The translations under genes and the position numbers were made by a program. The notes under the pieces were generated by a model. That model ran no database searches, had not been told where the DNA came from, and worked only from the letters and a program-made list of their open reading frames with translations. DNA of 64,000 nt from a phage. Below, in pieces: positions 1 through 9,968 of the stretch; position 1 is the first letter of the stretch, and every line of letters begins with the position of its first letter. The stretch lies in the sequence record PV946933.1; one strand, given 5' to 3'.

Positions 1-1
1 A

Positions 2-865
2 ATGACTGCTGAAGCCCGCCAGATTCATCCAGAAGGCGTGTTAATCGATGGCGAATTGGTATACCATGAGCAAGTTGAAAAGGAGCCAGAAGGCCTAGAT
101 TTTCTTTTTGACTCTCCTGAAAATAGTAAAGTTAAAGAGTTTGCCGAAGTAGCTGAATCTCGTACTGCTTCTAATGGAATCGCTAATAAATCTTTAAAGG
201 GAACTATTTCAGAAAAAGAAGCCAAATGTATGAAGTTTCAGGTCTGGGATTATGTCCCGTTGGTAGAAATATACGGTCTTCCGGCGTTTCGTTTAAAATA
301 TGATGTACGTTTTTCTAAACTAGAACAAATGACATCAGGATATGATAAAGTAATTTTAATTGAAAACCAAGTAGTAAATAACCTAGATGAAGCTAAGGTA
401 ATTTATAAAAAGTATATTGACCAAGGTCTTGAAGGTATTATTCTCAAAAATACCGATGGATTGTGGGAAAATGCTCGTTCAAAAAATCTCTATAAATTTA
501 AAGAAGTAATTGATGTTGATTTAAAAATTGTAGGAATTTATCCTCACCGTAAAGACCCTACTAAAGCGGGTGGATTTATTCTTGAATCAGAGTGTGGAAA
601 AATTAAAGTAAATGCAGGTTCAGGCTTAAAAGATAAAGCTGGCGTAAAATCACATGAACTTGACCGTACTCGCATTATGGAAAACCAAAATTATTATATT
701 GGAAAAATTCTAGAGTGCGAATGCAATGGTTGGTTAAAATCTGATGGCCGCACTGATTACGTTAAATTATTTCTTCCGATTGCGATTCGTTTACGTGAAG
801 ATAAAACTAAAGCTAATACATTTGAGGATGTATTTGGTGATTTTCATGAGGTAACTGGTTTATGA
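2..865 (+). CDS. 30: DNA ligase, C-terminal part (5' end outside window)
   Basis: ORF open at window start; recalled T4 ligase-like sequence; sits next to alt as in T4. Confidence 0.85.
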   Translation: MTAEARQIHPEGVLIDGELVYHEQVEKEPEGLDFLFDSPENSKVKEFAEVAESRTASNGIANKSLKGTISEKEAKCMKFQVWDYVPLVEIYGLPAFRLKYDVRFSKLEQMTSGYDKVILIENQVVNNLDEAKVIYKKYIDQGLEGIILKNTDGLWENARSKNLYKFKEVIDVDLKIVGIYPHRKDPTKAGGFILESECGKIKVNAGSGLKDKAGVKSHELDRTRIMENQNYYIGKILECECNGWLKSDGRTDYVKLFLPIAIRLREDKTKANTFEDVFGDFHEVTGL

Positions 866-1050
866 AAGCTTACTTAGAAACAATTGTCATTGCTCAAAAA
901 GAAGGTGGAGATGTTTCTACTTCGGTATCACAAGTCATTCTCGAATTTGTAGATGCATATGCTTATAATAAATTTACAGAAACATTTGATGCCTACGAAA
1001 AAGGTCCAAAGTTTGAAATATATCGTACTCTCTTACCACTAGATTATTAA
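862..1050 (+). CDS. hypothetical small protein (62 aa)
   Basis: ORF start overlaps ligase stop (ATGA junction); no recognisable motif. Confidence 0.4.
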   Translation: MKAYLETIVIAQKEGGDVSTSVSQVILEFVDAYAYNKFTETFDAYEKGPKFEIYRTLLPLDY

Positions 1051-1071
1051 AGGCCTTCGGGCCTTTAATTT
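1049..1071 (+). terminator. stem-loop aaaggcc-ttcg-ggccttt followed by aatttt
   Basis: 7-bp stem with UUCG-type loop seen directly. Confidence 0.5.
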
Positions 1072-1079
1072 TATAAATA
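1072..1079 (+). promoter_or_regulatory. T4 late promoter motif TATAAATA upstream of alt
   Basis: exact TATAAATA about 20 nt before the ATG at 1100/1103. Confidence 0.6.
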
Positions 1080-1102
1080 GAATAAACACTAGAGAGGATA
1101 TG

Positions 1103-3157
1103 ATGGAACTCATTACAGAATTATTTGACGAAGATACTACTCTTCCGATTACAAACTTAAATCCAAAGAAGAAAATACCACAAATTTTTTCAGTTCATGT
1201 TGATGATGCAATTGAACAACCAGGCTTTCGTTTATGTACCTATACATCTGGAGGTGATACTAATCGCGATTTAAAAATGGGCGATAAAATGATGCATATT
1301 GTTCCTTTTACATTAACTGCTAAAGGTTCAATTGCTAAATTAAAAGGTCTCGGTCCAAGTCCAATTAATTACATCAATTCAGTTTTTACTGTTGCAATGC
1401 AGACGATGCGTCAGTATAAAATTGATGCCTGCATGCTTCGTATTCTTAAGTCTAAAACTGCTGGTCAAGCTCGACAAATTCAAGTTATTGCTGATAGACT
1501 TATCCGTAGTCGTTCAGGTGGCAGATACGTCCTTCTTAAGGAACTCTGGGATTATGATAAAAAGTATGCATATATTCTTATACATCGCAAAAACGTATCA
1601 CTAGAAGACATTCCAGGAGTTCCGGAAATTAGTACCGAGCTCTTTACTAAAGTTGAATCGAAGGTCGGCGATGTTTATATCAATAAAGATACTGGGGTTC
1701 AAGTAACTAAAAATGAGGCAATTGCGGCATCTATTGCGCAAGAAAACGATAAACGTTCTGACCAAGCTGTAATTGTTAAAGTTAAAATTTCCCGTAGAGC
1801 AATTGCACAAAGTCAGTCATTGGAATCTTCTAGATTTGAAACACCAATGTTTCAAAAATTTGAGGCTTCAGCAGCAGAATTAAATAAACCTGCCGACGCG
1901 CCTTTAATTTCTGATGCGAACGAATTAACCGTTATTTCTACTTCAGGATTTGCATTAGAGAATGCTCTTAATAGTGTTACGGCTGGAATGGCATTCAGAG
2001 AAGCTTCTATAATTCCTGAAGATAAAGAATCTGATGTTAATGCAGAAATAAAAAATAAAGCTTTAGAAAGATTACGAAAAGAATCTATTACTTCAATAAA
2101 AACTTTAGAAACTATTGCTTCTATAGTCGATGATACTTTAGAAAAATATAAAAGTGCTTGGTTAGAAAGAAATATTAACAAGCATTCGCATTTAAATCAA
2201 GATGCTGCAAATGAGTTAGTGCAAAATTCTTGGAATGCAATAAAAACAAAGATTATTCGAAGAGAATTACGTGGATATGCTCTTACCGTTGGGTGGTCAT
2301 TGCATTCTATAGTCGAAAATAAAGATTCATCTAAATACACACCGGCTCAAAAACGCGGAATTCGTGAATATGTGGGTTCAGGATATGTAGACATGAATAA
2401 TGCTCTTTTGGGATTATATAATCCAGATGAGCGTACAAGTATTTTGACAGCACCCGAAATAGAACAAGCCATCGATAATTTAGATTCAGCCTTTAAAAAT
2501 GGCGATCGATTGCCAAAAGGTATTACTTTATATCGTTCACAGCGAATGTTACCTTCAATATATGAAGCATTGGTAAAAAATCGAGTTTTTTATTTTAGAA
2601 ATTTTGTATCAACATCGTTATATCCAAACATTTTTGGTACTTGGATGACTGATTCAGCTGTGGGTGTTTTACCAGATGAAAAACGTCTAAGCATTTCTAT
2701 CGATAAAAATGATGAAGGGCTTGTTAATTCTAGCGATAATTTAGTTGGAATTGGATGGGTTATTACTGGAGCTGATAAAGTCAATGTTGTTTTACCCGGT
2801 GGAAGTTTAGCGCCTTCAAATGAAATGGAAGTCATTTTGCCACGTGGATTAATGGTCAAAATTAATAAAATAACCGATGCATCTTACAATGATGGAACAG
2901 TTAAAACTAACAACAAGCTTATTCAAGCTGAAGTTATGACTACGGAAGAACTCACCGAATCGGTAATTTATGACGGTGACCGTCTAATGGAAACTGGTGA
3001 ATTGGTTGCAATGACAGATGATATTGAAATAGAAGACAGAGTTGACTTTGCATCATTTGTTTCATCAAATGTTAAACAGAAAGCAGAATCATCTCTCGGA
3101 ATTATTGCGTCTTGCATAGATATTACAAACATGCCTTACAAGTTCGTTCAAGGATAA
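1103..3157 (+). CDS. alt: Alt-like ADP-ribosyltransferase, copy 1 (685 aa ORF)
   Basis: N-terminus MELITELFDE; C-terminal R (LYRSQ), STS (FVSTSL) and ExE (EMEVILPRG) ART motifs; position between 30 and 54. Confidence 0.8.
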   Translation: MELITELFDEDTTLPITNLNPKKKIPQIFSVHVDDAIEQPGFRLCTYTSGGDTNRDLKMGDKMMHIVPFTLTAKGSIAKLKGLGPSPINYINSVFTVAMQTMRQYKIDACMLRILKSKTAGQARQIQVIADRLIRSRSGGRYVLLKELWDYDKKYAYILIHRKNVSLEDIPGVPEISTELFTKVESKVGDVYINKDTGVQVTKNEAIAASIAQENDKRSDQAVIVKVKISRRAIAQSQSLESSRFETPMFQKFEASAAELNKPADAPLISDANELTVISTSGFALENALNSVTAGMAFREASIIPEDKESDVNAEIKNKALERLRKESITSIKTLETIASIVDDTLEKYKSAWLERNINKHSHLNQDAANELVQNSWNAIKTKIIRRELRGYALTVGWSLHSIVENKDSSKYTPAQKRGIREYVGSGYVDMNNALLGLYNPDERTSILTAPEIEQAIDNLDSAFKNGDRLPKGITLYRSQRMLPSIYEALVKNRVFYFRNFVSTSLYPNIFGTWMTDSAVGVLPDEKRLSISIDKNDEGLVNSSDNLVGIGWVITGADKVNVVLPGGSLAPSNEMEVILPRGLMVKINKITDASYNDGTVKTNNKLIQAEVMTTEELTESVIYDGDRLMETGELVAMTDDIEIEDRVDFASFVSSNVKQKAESSLGIIASCIDITNMPYKFVQG

Positions 3158-3160
3158 ATC

Positions 3161-5218
3161 ATGGAACTTATTACAGAATTATTTGACGGCGCTTCGGCGC
3201 CGGTTGTTAACTTAAATCCTAAGCATAAAATACCTCAAATTTTTGCTATTCAAGCCGGTGAAGAAAGCGTGCTTCCTGGATTTAGATTTTGTACATACAC
3301 CTCTGGTGGTGATACAAATAAAAACGTTAAGCCAGGCGATAAAATGATGCATATCGTAATGATAGGTGTTAATGAGAAACTATCATTAGTTAAACTTAAA
3401 AACTTGGGTGGAAATCCAATTGGTGTCATTAATGCGGTTTTTGATACTGCTCTTCAGACAATGAAACAATACAAAATTGACGCATGCTTATTCCGCGTAC
3501 TAAAGAGTAAAACAAATGGTGCAGCTCGTCAAATGCAAGTTATTGCCGACCGTTTAGTACGTACTAAAGGAGCAGGTCGATATGTTCTTTTAAAGGAAAT
3601 CTGGGATTACGATAAAAAGTACGCATATATTATGGTTTACCGTAAAAATGCTAATTTAGAAGACATTCCAGGTGTACCTCCTATTTCAACTGAGTTATTC
3701 ACAAAAGTTGAATCAAAGGTTGGTGATGTTTATGTAGATGTTAAAACAGGTAATGCTGTTCCTAAAGCTGTTGCTGTTGCTGCTTCTATTGCTTTAGAAA
3801 ACGATAAGCGCACGGATCAAGCTGTTATTCAGAAAACTAAAATTAGTCGTCGGTTAGCAGCACAAGCTCAATATTCTACTGTCGATGCTTCACTTCAGGG
3901 TGATAGCTTCGCTGCTAAGAAATATCAAGAGTTTGAATCTAAAGTTCCGGTATATAAAGCAGAAGGACCAATGAACTCTGGCGTTATTCAGGTTGGTTCA
4001 AACTTCAGCAAAGGAGCTATCGGTGGTATGAGAAGTGCTTCCCGTTTTAAATCTAGTGATTATGAATTAGAAAGCTTCCGAAATCATATTGCATTGGCTC
4101 ATGCGCGTTTACGTGATCCATCTATCAAGTTACAGAGCGATATATCATATCAAGGTTCTCAAGAATATTTAAAGAATAAAGAATTTTTTGATTATAAAAC
4201 TGATAAAATTTTAAGTGATCTTGCTGACATTAATATTTCTAATAGCTTTGATGTTATTAAGAAAATTGTCAATGATTTAGTTAAAGGTTCTAAAGCCACA
4301 CCAGATGAAAAGGTAGCTATTGTTCAATTTGTCATGAATGGCATTTATAAATTGATTAATGAGTCTGCTTCTCAAGCGTATGAATATGCAAGTACTGAAG
4401 TAACCCCAAAAGGATTAACTCGGGCTGAGTCTGATGTAATTGAAGATTATTGTGCAGATTCATATGTTGAAATGAACTCGTTCCTTTTAGGTAAACCGGA
4501 TTCTACCCGTGAAGAATATATGGAACGAGCTATTAAACACATCGAGACAATGGATTCTGCCTTTGCCAAAGGATCAGTTCTTCCTCCAGGAACTACACTT
4601 TACCGTGGGCAAGAAGTTACCTTTAAAACTTTACGTCATAATATTGAAAATAAAATGTTCTACTTCAAGAACTTCGTATCCACATCGCTTAAACCAAATA
4701 TCTTCGGTGAGTATGGTAAAAACTATATGGCTCTAGATGATTCCAGTACAGTATTTTCTGGTGAAGGAGAAGGTTCAGTTGATGCTGAAGATTTAATGCA
4801 TATGGGTAGTCACTCTGCTTATGCGAATGAAGATGCTGAAACTAGCGTAGGTATGGTAATTAAAGGGGCTGAGCGAATTAAAGTTATCGTTCCAGGTCAT
4901 TTATCAGGATTTCCATCAGAAGCTGAAGTTATTTTACCACGTGGAATTTTGCTGAAGATTAATAAAGTGAGTACGTACATGATGAAAGAAACTGCTTATA
5001 ATAAGTATCTAATCGAAGGCACAATCGTTCCTCCTTCTGAACAATTAGAAGAATCGGTATATGATGGCGACCATCTAATGGAAACTGGTGAAGTTCGTCC
5101 AATGGCTGGATTTAATCAATTCCTTGTAGAAGAATCAAAAGAAGAGGAAAACGAAGTTTCTCAAATCTTGGCTTCTTTGGTTAACATCAACGGAATGTCT
5201 AAAAAGTTCAAGATGTAG
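3161..5218 (+). CDS. alt: Alt-like ADP-ribosyltransferase, copy 2 (685 aa)
   Basis: paralog of copy 1: conserved N-terminal ~230 aa, LYRGQ / FVSTSL / EAEVILPRG motifs; 3-nt intergenic gap. Confidence 0.8.
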   Translation: MELITELFDGASAPVVNLNPKHKIPQIFAIQAGEESVLPGFRFCTYTSGGDTNKNVKPGDKMMHIVMIGVNEKLSLVKLKNLGGNPIGVINAVFDTALQTMKQYKIDACLFRVLKSKTNGAARQMQVIADRLVRTKGAGRYVLLKEIWDYDKKYAYIMVYRKNANLEDIPGVPPISTELFTKVESKVGDVYVDVKTGNAVPKAVAVAASIALENDKRTDQAVIQKTKISRRLAAQAQYSTVDASLQGDSFAAKKYQEFESKVPVYKAEGPMNSGVIQVGSNFSKGAIGGMRSASRFKSSDYELESFRNHIALAHARLRDPSIKLQSDISYQGSQEYLKNKEFFDYKTDKILSDLADINISNSFDVIKKIVNDLVKGSKATPDEKVAIVQFVMNGIYKLINESASQAYEYASTEVTPKGLTRAESDVIEDYCADSYVEMNSFLLGKPDSTREEYMERAIKHIETMDSAFAKGSVLPPGTTLYRGQEVTFKTLRHNIENKMFYFKNFVSTSLKPNIFGEYGKNYMALDDSSTVFSGEGEGSVDAEDLMHMGSHSAYANEDAETSVGMVIKGAERIKVIVPGHLSGFPSEAEVILPRGILLKINKVSTYMMKETAYNKYLIEGTIVPPSEQLEESVYDGDHLMETGEVRPMAGFNQFLVEESKEEENEVSQILASLVNINGMSKKFKM

Positions 5219-5247
5219 TTTACAAGTCACTCGTGTTGTGTTATAAT
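5218..5247 (+). promoter_or_regulatory. early-promoter-like GTTTAC -35 and TATAAT -10
   Basis: GTTTAC at 5218-5223, TGT-TATAAT at 5239-5247, 18-bp spacer. Confidence 0.5.
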
Positions 5248-5278
5248 AATCTTACTGACATAACATGAGGAACACAAA

Positions 5279-5569
5279 ATGAAATCTTCTTTGCGCTTTT
5301 TAGGTCAAGAACTCGTAGTTGAAGGCGTTATTCCTGCTGATAACGCTTTTAATGAAGCGGTTTACGACGAATTTATCAAAATTTTTGGAACAGATAAAAA
5401 GTTCGGAATTTTTCCTTCTGAAAATTTTTCAAAGCCAGAGCAGACTGAAAGTATTTTCCAAGGTGTAGTAACAGGTAAATTTGAGTCAGAAGCTCCGGTA
5501 AAAATTGAAGTTTATATTGAAGACAGTTTAGTTGCTTCAGTTGCTGCTTTTATTTCATTCCGTAAATAA
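5279..5569 (+). CDS. hypothetical protein (96 aa)
   Basis: ORF with upstream AGGA RBS; no recognisable domain. Confidence 0.45.
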   Translation: MKSSLRFLGQELVVEGVIPADNAFNEAVYDEFIKIFGTDKKFGIFPSENFSKPEQTESIFQGVVTGKFESEAPVKIEVYIEDSLVASVAAFISFRK

Positions 5570-5573
5570 AAAT

Positions 5574-5595
5574 ATGGGGACCGAAAGGTCCCCAT
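5574..5595. terminator. hairpin atggggacc-gaaa-ggtccccat between convergent genes
   Basis: perfect 9-bp stem with GAAA loop seen directly. Confidence 0.6.
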
Positions 5596-5597
5596 TG

Positions 5598-6563
5598 TTA
5601 TATTGCTCCTAATATTTTACTTTGCGAGTTGACAATTCCTGTCATAGTATTAATGTTTGAAATGCTTCCTGCAGTTCCTCCTAATCTACTAAGTCGTGAA
5701 AGCGAATTAGATAGTCCAGTAACACCTCCACTATTTCCGAGAACGCTTTGAATGCCATTTATAGCAGCAGATTCAAGCCATTCAAGCGCAGCTTGTCTAT
5801 CAACTGCTCCAGCCTGCATGACTCTATACGCAAAAGTAACATCAAATGTAGTTATTTGATTATCTCCATCATATGATAACTCAGGAGCGCTCACTGACAC
5901 TGGAATGCATCCGGTGAACATCACAGCAGTATGAGGTAATCCATTACGAGCATGAAGATTAACCTGAATGTCTGCCTCGACATCTTGCGGTAAAGCACGC
6001 AATCCAGTTACTGGGTCTTGAACAGCGTTAACCCAGTCTTGCATCGCACGATAATTACATGCTTCTGAATCCATCCTAAATGAAATAACCAAAGGGTCTA
6101 ATTCTCTCCCAGTTATACGAATATTAGGAGAATTATAGTTCCAGTCAGTTTCATAGGATAATCTATTCTCTGGCATTTTTACGGAGTATATCATCAATCC
6201 AGATGAGTTATATGCCATGTTAAAGAAGTCAATTAAATATGTACCAACTGTAAATGAGCCTAATAAACTTTGAACTGTACGTTGACTCATGGCACCAATA
6301 AGATATTTACTAACTCCTGATTTTCTTATCAGTTTTTGTGTGCCAGCAGTAATTAGCGTGGTAATTCCCTGATTAATATCGCCTTGAGTTAATCCTAACC
6401 AATCTGAATTTAGGCCCAAGTTATTATAAGAAAAGTTGCTAATTGAACTTATCAACGAAGAGCTTTTAGTTGATGGAGTTGTCGCAAAAACGCAGCTAAA
6501 CATATTATTACGTTGGAAATCTGCGTTTATTGCTTGATTATTAAATTCCTCTAAAGAATACAT
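5598..6563 (-). CDS. 54: baseplate tail-tube initiator gp54
   Basis: length 321 aa and T4 gene order. Confidence 0.8.
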   Translation of the reverse strand: MYSLEEFNNQAINADFQRNNMFSCVFATTPSTKSSSLISSISNFSYNNLGLNSDWLGLTQGDINQGITTLITAGTQKLIRKSGVSKYLIGAMSQRTVQSLLGSFTVGTYLIDFFNMAYNSSGLMIYSVKMPENRLSYETDWNYNSPNIRITGRELDPLVISFRMDSEACNYRAMQDWVNAVQDPVTGLRALPQDVEADIQVNLHARNGLPHTAVMFTGCIPVSVSAPELSYDGDNQITTFDVTFAYRVMQAGAVDRQAALEWLESAAINGIQSVLGNSGGVTGLSNSLSRLSRLGGTAGSISNINTMTGIVNSQSKILGAI

Positions 6564-7657
6564 TAAAAAGTCCCCGCATATAAAGAAGCACGGTTTAACG
6601 TGATAATTTCTCTCATAGTAATCTCAAGAGTAAATGTACTAGGGAGGTTTGGAGCAATAGCTAATCCGTTAAAGTTACCATTAGGTGTTTTATCAAATCT
6701 GATACTCTGTATTTGGCATGGGCCAAATATTTCCGTTTTTCCATCAAACTTAGATGTTGCACCAAAGTTTTTCACCATCCAAATTGTCGGGTTTGAAACT
6801 ACTAGGACGTTAGTTAAACTCGATGTCATTTTCTCAAATAGTGTTTTATTTTTAGCTGCGTCTTCCGGAGATAAAGGTTCAATTAACGTAGAACGATACC
6901 AATCATCTAAATACCCCTTTATTTCAGCAGCATATTGAGATTTGCCCGTTTCACCATAAGAAAAATAGTTAAAATATTGATAGATATTAATAATAGCCAT
7001 TAAATCTTCTGTGGAACGTGGAGTCAAATCCCATGTAAACACTTTAGTTCTATTTTCAGCGCCGCCATACATACTTCTGGCTGTCGTATAAATCTGTTCG
7101 TTATTATCAGCCATTATACCTTGTGTTATACTTTCCAGTGCCCCAAATACTGCAGTTGAAGCAATATTACTTAGCACACCAGTAGCAGTACCTCCGCCTC
7201 TGCTGATAAGACTTTCTTGAACATCATTAAATCTATGTGATGATGTATCAACATCAGATTTAGATCTTGGTAAAAGAATATTTGCAACAGGGGCTTTACT
7301 TATTGTTCCTGAATTATTATCTGATATTAATCCATTTGACAGTTTTGATACTGTATTACTGATAGTGTTTCTGGCTGTACGTAAAATACTCGAAGATGAA
7401 GAAGAGTAGTTAGATCTCATCGATCTAAGACTTCCAGAATCCCTAGATGACATATTGTATGCAGTAAATAATAATCCATTCTTATATAGATCTGTTACCT
7501 GGAAGTCCCCTGTAGTGTCATTACCACTAGCACGCCCAGTTGGAAACTGGGCAGTGTATGTTTTAGTTCCTACTTCTGATTTAGTACTCTGTCCGGCTGA
7601 AATTTTCTCACCGGACTTTTTAATTAAATCAGCAGTTATTTCTTTAACAATTGCCAT
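6563..7657 (-). CDS. 48: baseplate tail-tube cap gp48
   Basis: length 364 aa and order. Confidence 0.8.
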   Translation of the reverse strand: MAIVKEITADLIKKSGEKISAGQSTKSEVGTKTYTAQFPTGRASGNDTTGDFQVTDLYKNGLLFTAYNMSSRDSGSLRSMRSNYSSSSSSILRTARNTISNTVSKLSNGLISDNNSGTISKAPVANILLPRSKSDVDTSSHRFNDVQESLISRGGGTATGVLSNIASTAVFGALESITQGIMADNNEQIYTTARSMYGGAENRTKVFTWDLTPRSTEDLMAIINIYQYFNYFSYGETGKSQYAAEIKGYLDDWYRSTLIEPLSPEDAAKNKTLFEKMTSSLTNVLVVSNPTIWMVKNFGATSKFDGKTEIFGPCQIQSIRFDKTPNGNFNGLAIAPNLPSTFTLEITMREIITLNRASLYAGTF

Positions 7658-7665
7658 ATTATTCC

Positions 7666-9438
7666 TTAATTAACTCCAGTCGCATCAAATACACCAGGAG
7701 CAGTCGTGCTCGTTACGGGTGTCATATTATGAACGACAGTATTTTTCTTAATAACATTATTAGTATTATTGATTGAAGGAGATGCTTGTTGAACAGGAGC
7801 TTGTTGTGCTTTGTTCTTTTCAATAACCTGGACTTGTTTTGCTTCTGGCGATTTAGCAGAAGTTTCAGGTTTGGCATTAGGCTGATTTTTCTTGAGCTCT
7901 TGATAAGTAGCATCAATTTTAGAAAATCTAGCAGCAAGCTCTTTTTTAACTGCCGGTGAATTATTTAAATCCGGATCATCCATCCGTTTTTTAAGGTCTT
8001 CATAGGCAGCTTCAACTGATTTAACTGTTGAGTCTTTACTCATATCAGCTGAATCGGCATATTGATCAAAACGATTCATAGCAGCACGAGCTTCATTAGC
8101 TTTCATTAAAGCAATTTTAGCTTCCTCCGGAGAAAGTTGCTTTAATTTTTCTTCTTCCTCTGCTCTCTCTTCATCAGTCGTTAGTGCTTCTTTATTATCA
8201 ACACCACGAATCCAGTTAGATGCACGAGTTTTCCAGTTCGCAATTTTGTCTAGTCCTTTTGCTATCGGACCAAGTTCTCCATTCATTCTTTTATATTGAT
8301 AGTTTGCAACTTTTTCTTGGTCTTCTTTGTTAAGAGAAGCATTTGTAGTATTTTGGAAATTTTCTAGTGCTCTTCCTTCTACTTCATCAGCGGTATCCTT
8401 CATGCCAGGAATGACTCGAAGAATTGCAGCAGATAATTTAGCCATACCTAATTGAATAAGCTCTCCTAAATTAAAAAGAACCTTTCCAAGCCCTTCTACA
8501 ATAGCTACAGTCAAACCACCCCAGTCTCCCGCTTCCCAGAATTTTTTAATTTCATCGATAGAACTAAAGATGCTTTGTAATAAAGGACCCCATGTTCCGG
8601 TTTCGCTAGAGAATTTAGTAAAGTCTGTACTGAACAAATCCCAAGCCTGTGAAAATTTATCTGACCAATATTTGAAATGAACCATCAACAGGTCTATTCC
8701 GACAACAACAGCCAATATCATTGCTGTCATTTTAGCAGCTTCGATAGCAGCACTGACGGTATACTTAAATAACATGCTTGATATTTTATCAGTAATTGAA
8801 ATAGATTTCTTAAATCCGAAATCAACAGTCTTTGTTAATTTATCTAAAGCTTGAGATAATTTTAAGTTAAATGCGTCTTTTTTCTGTTTTTCTTCTGGCG
8901 ATTCTTGTTTGGGCTCAACTGGCTGAGGGGTAGGGAAAAAATCAGCATCAGGATCATTATTAACTGCTTCAGGAGCCGGTAATAAAGGACCCACAGATTC
9001 AGCTGTATCATCCTCAACAACTTTAACAGGAATAGCGCTTTCAACTGTGGCTAAACTGGTTCCTGTTTGTTGAATTCCAGCTGTCTGAATTTTTTGCTCT
9101 AATAAACTCGTTAATTTATCTAATTTACTCCCGAGCGATTCACCGATTTCTTTATTAATATTGTTGCCAATTTCAACAGTTTCAGCAATTAACTCGGAAC
9201 CAGCAGTAGTATCACTCACTGCGTTTTCTACGTTGTCAATTGCTCCAATTATTTCATTCGATTTTTCTTCGACAGTTTGAGCAATTAGTTCAGAAGCAGC
9301 TTGAGCATCATCCAATTTCGTAGATATATCGTTAAGTCCAGATAAAGTATTAGAAGCGGATTTAGCCGCTTCCTGTGTTGGTTTATTATCTGAAATAACT
9401 TTTCTACGCATCGTTTGCATTTCTTGTGGCTTTTTCAT
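7666..9438 (-). CDS. 29: baseplate hub / tail length determinator gp29
   Basis: 590 aa as in T4; order. Confidence 0.8.
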   Translation of the reverse strand: MKKPQEMQTMRRKVISDNKPTQEAAKSASNTLSGLNDISTKLDDAQAASELIAQTVEEKSNEIIGAIDNVENAVSDTTAGSELIAETVEIGNNINKEIGESLGSKLDKLTSLLEQKIQTAGIQQTGTSLATVESAIPVKVVEDDTAESVGPLLPAPEAVNNDPDADFFPTPQPVEPKQESPEEKQKKDAFNLKLSQALDKLTKTVDFGFKKSISITDKISSMLFKYTVSAAIEAAKMTAMILAVVVGIDLLMVHFKYWSDKFSQAWDLFSTDFTKFSSETGTWGPLLQSIFSSIDEIKKFWEAGDWGGLTVAIVEGLGKVLFNLGELIQLGMAKLSAAILRVIPGMKDTADEVEGRALENFQNTTNASLNKEDQEKVANYQYKRMNGELGPIAKGLDKIANWKTRASNWIRGVDNKEALTTDEERAEEEEKLKQLSPEEAKIALMKANEARAAMNRFDQYADSADMSKDSTVKSVEAAYEDLKKRMDDPDLNNSPAVKKELAARFSKIDATYQELKKNQPNAKPETSAKSPEAKQVQVIEKNKAQQAPVQQASPSINNTNNVIKKNTVVHNMTPVTSTTAPGVFDATGVN

Positions 9439-9968
9439 TCAAATAATCCAATAATATTGCCAATTCCGGTTATTGGACCATTAGGGCCAGGAATTGCTAA
9501 AGTTGTAAAAATGTCATTTGCCCATTTTAAAACGAATGCTGGCATCTCAAGAAAATTAATTTCTTTAACTTCATCATTGACCTTAAGCAAGCATTTGGAT
9601 AACATATCGCTCACCGTTAAAAATTGTTCAAATTTTCCAGGAGGTCTAAAATAAAATGTATTTCCTTGGTATTGAAATTCCAATCTTTGGCATACATAAA
9701 CATCATTAATGTCATAAGTATAACCATCTATTTCTTTGCGAGATTTAATCTTTCCATTAAATTCCAATAAATGAATAGAAACGAAATCAACTTCTGCCGG
9801 TGATAAATTCGGACAAATAGAATCAATAAGAAGTTTTAAATTTTCATCAGGACCTTTAACATCTTTTAAAATGTTATAATGTTTAAGACCCATTTTAGGA
9901 ATAGAAACTTCTTTATTGCTTATTGGAAGAACTACTTTCTTCAGTGGTAGTATCAGATTTAAATTCAT
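9435..9968 (-). CDS. 28: baseplate hub distal subunit gp28
   Basis: 177 aa; order. Confidence 0.75.
   Translation of the reverse strand: MNLNLILPLKKVVLPISNKEVSIPKMGLKHYNILKDVKGPDENLKLLIDSICPNLSPAEVDFVSIHLLEFNGKIKSRKEIDGYTYDINDVYVCQRLEFQYQGNTFYFRPPGKFEQFLTVSDMLSKCLLKVNDEVKEINFLEMPAFVLKWANDIFTTLAIPGPNGPITGIGNIIGLFE

Noticed and set aside
1100-5218. Possibility that the two alt copies are an assembly duplication artefact
   Set aside because: The copies differ at many positions throughout and have unrelated central regions, which is inconsistent with a collapsed or duplicated assembly repeat.
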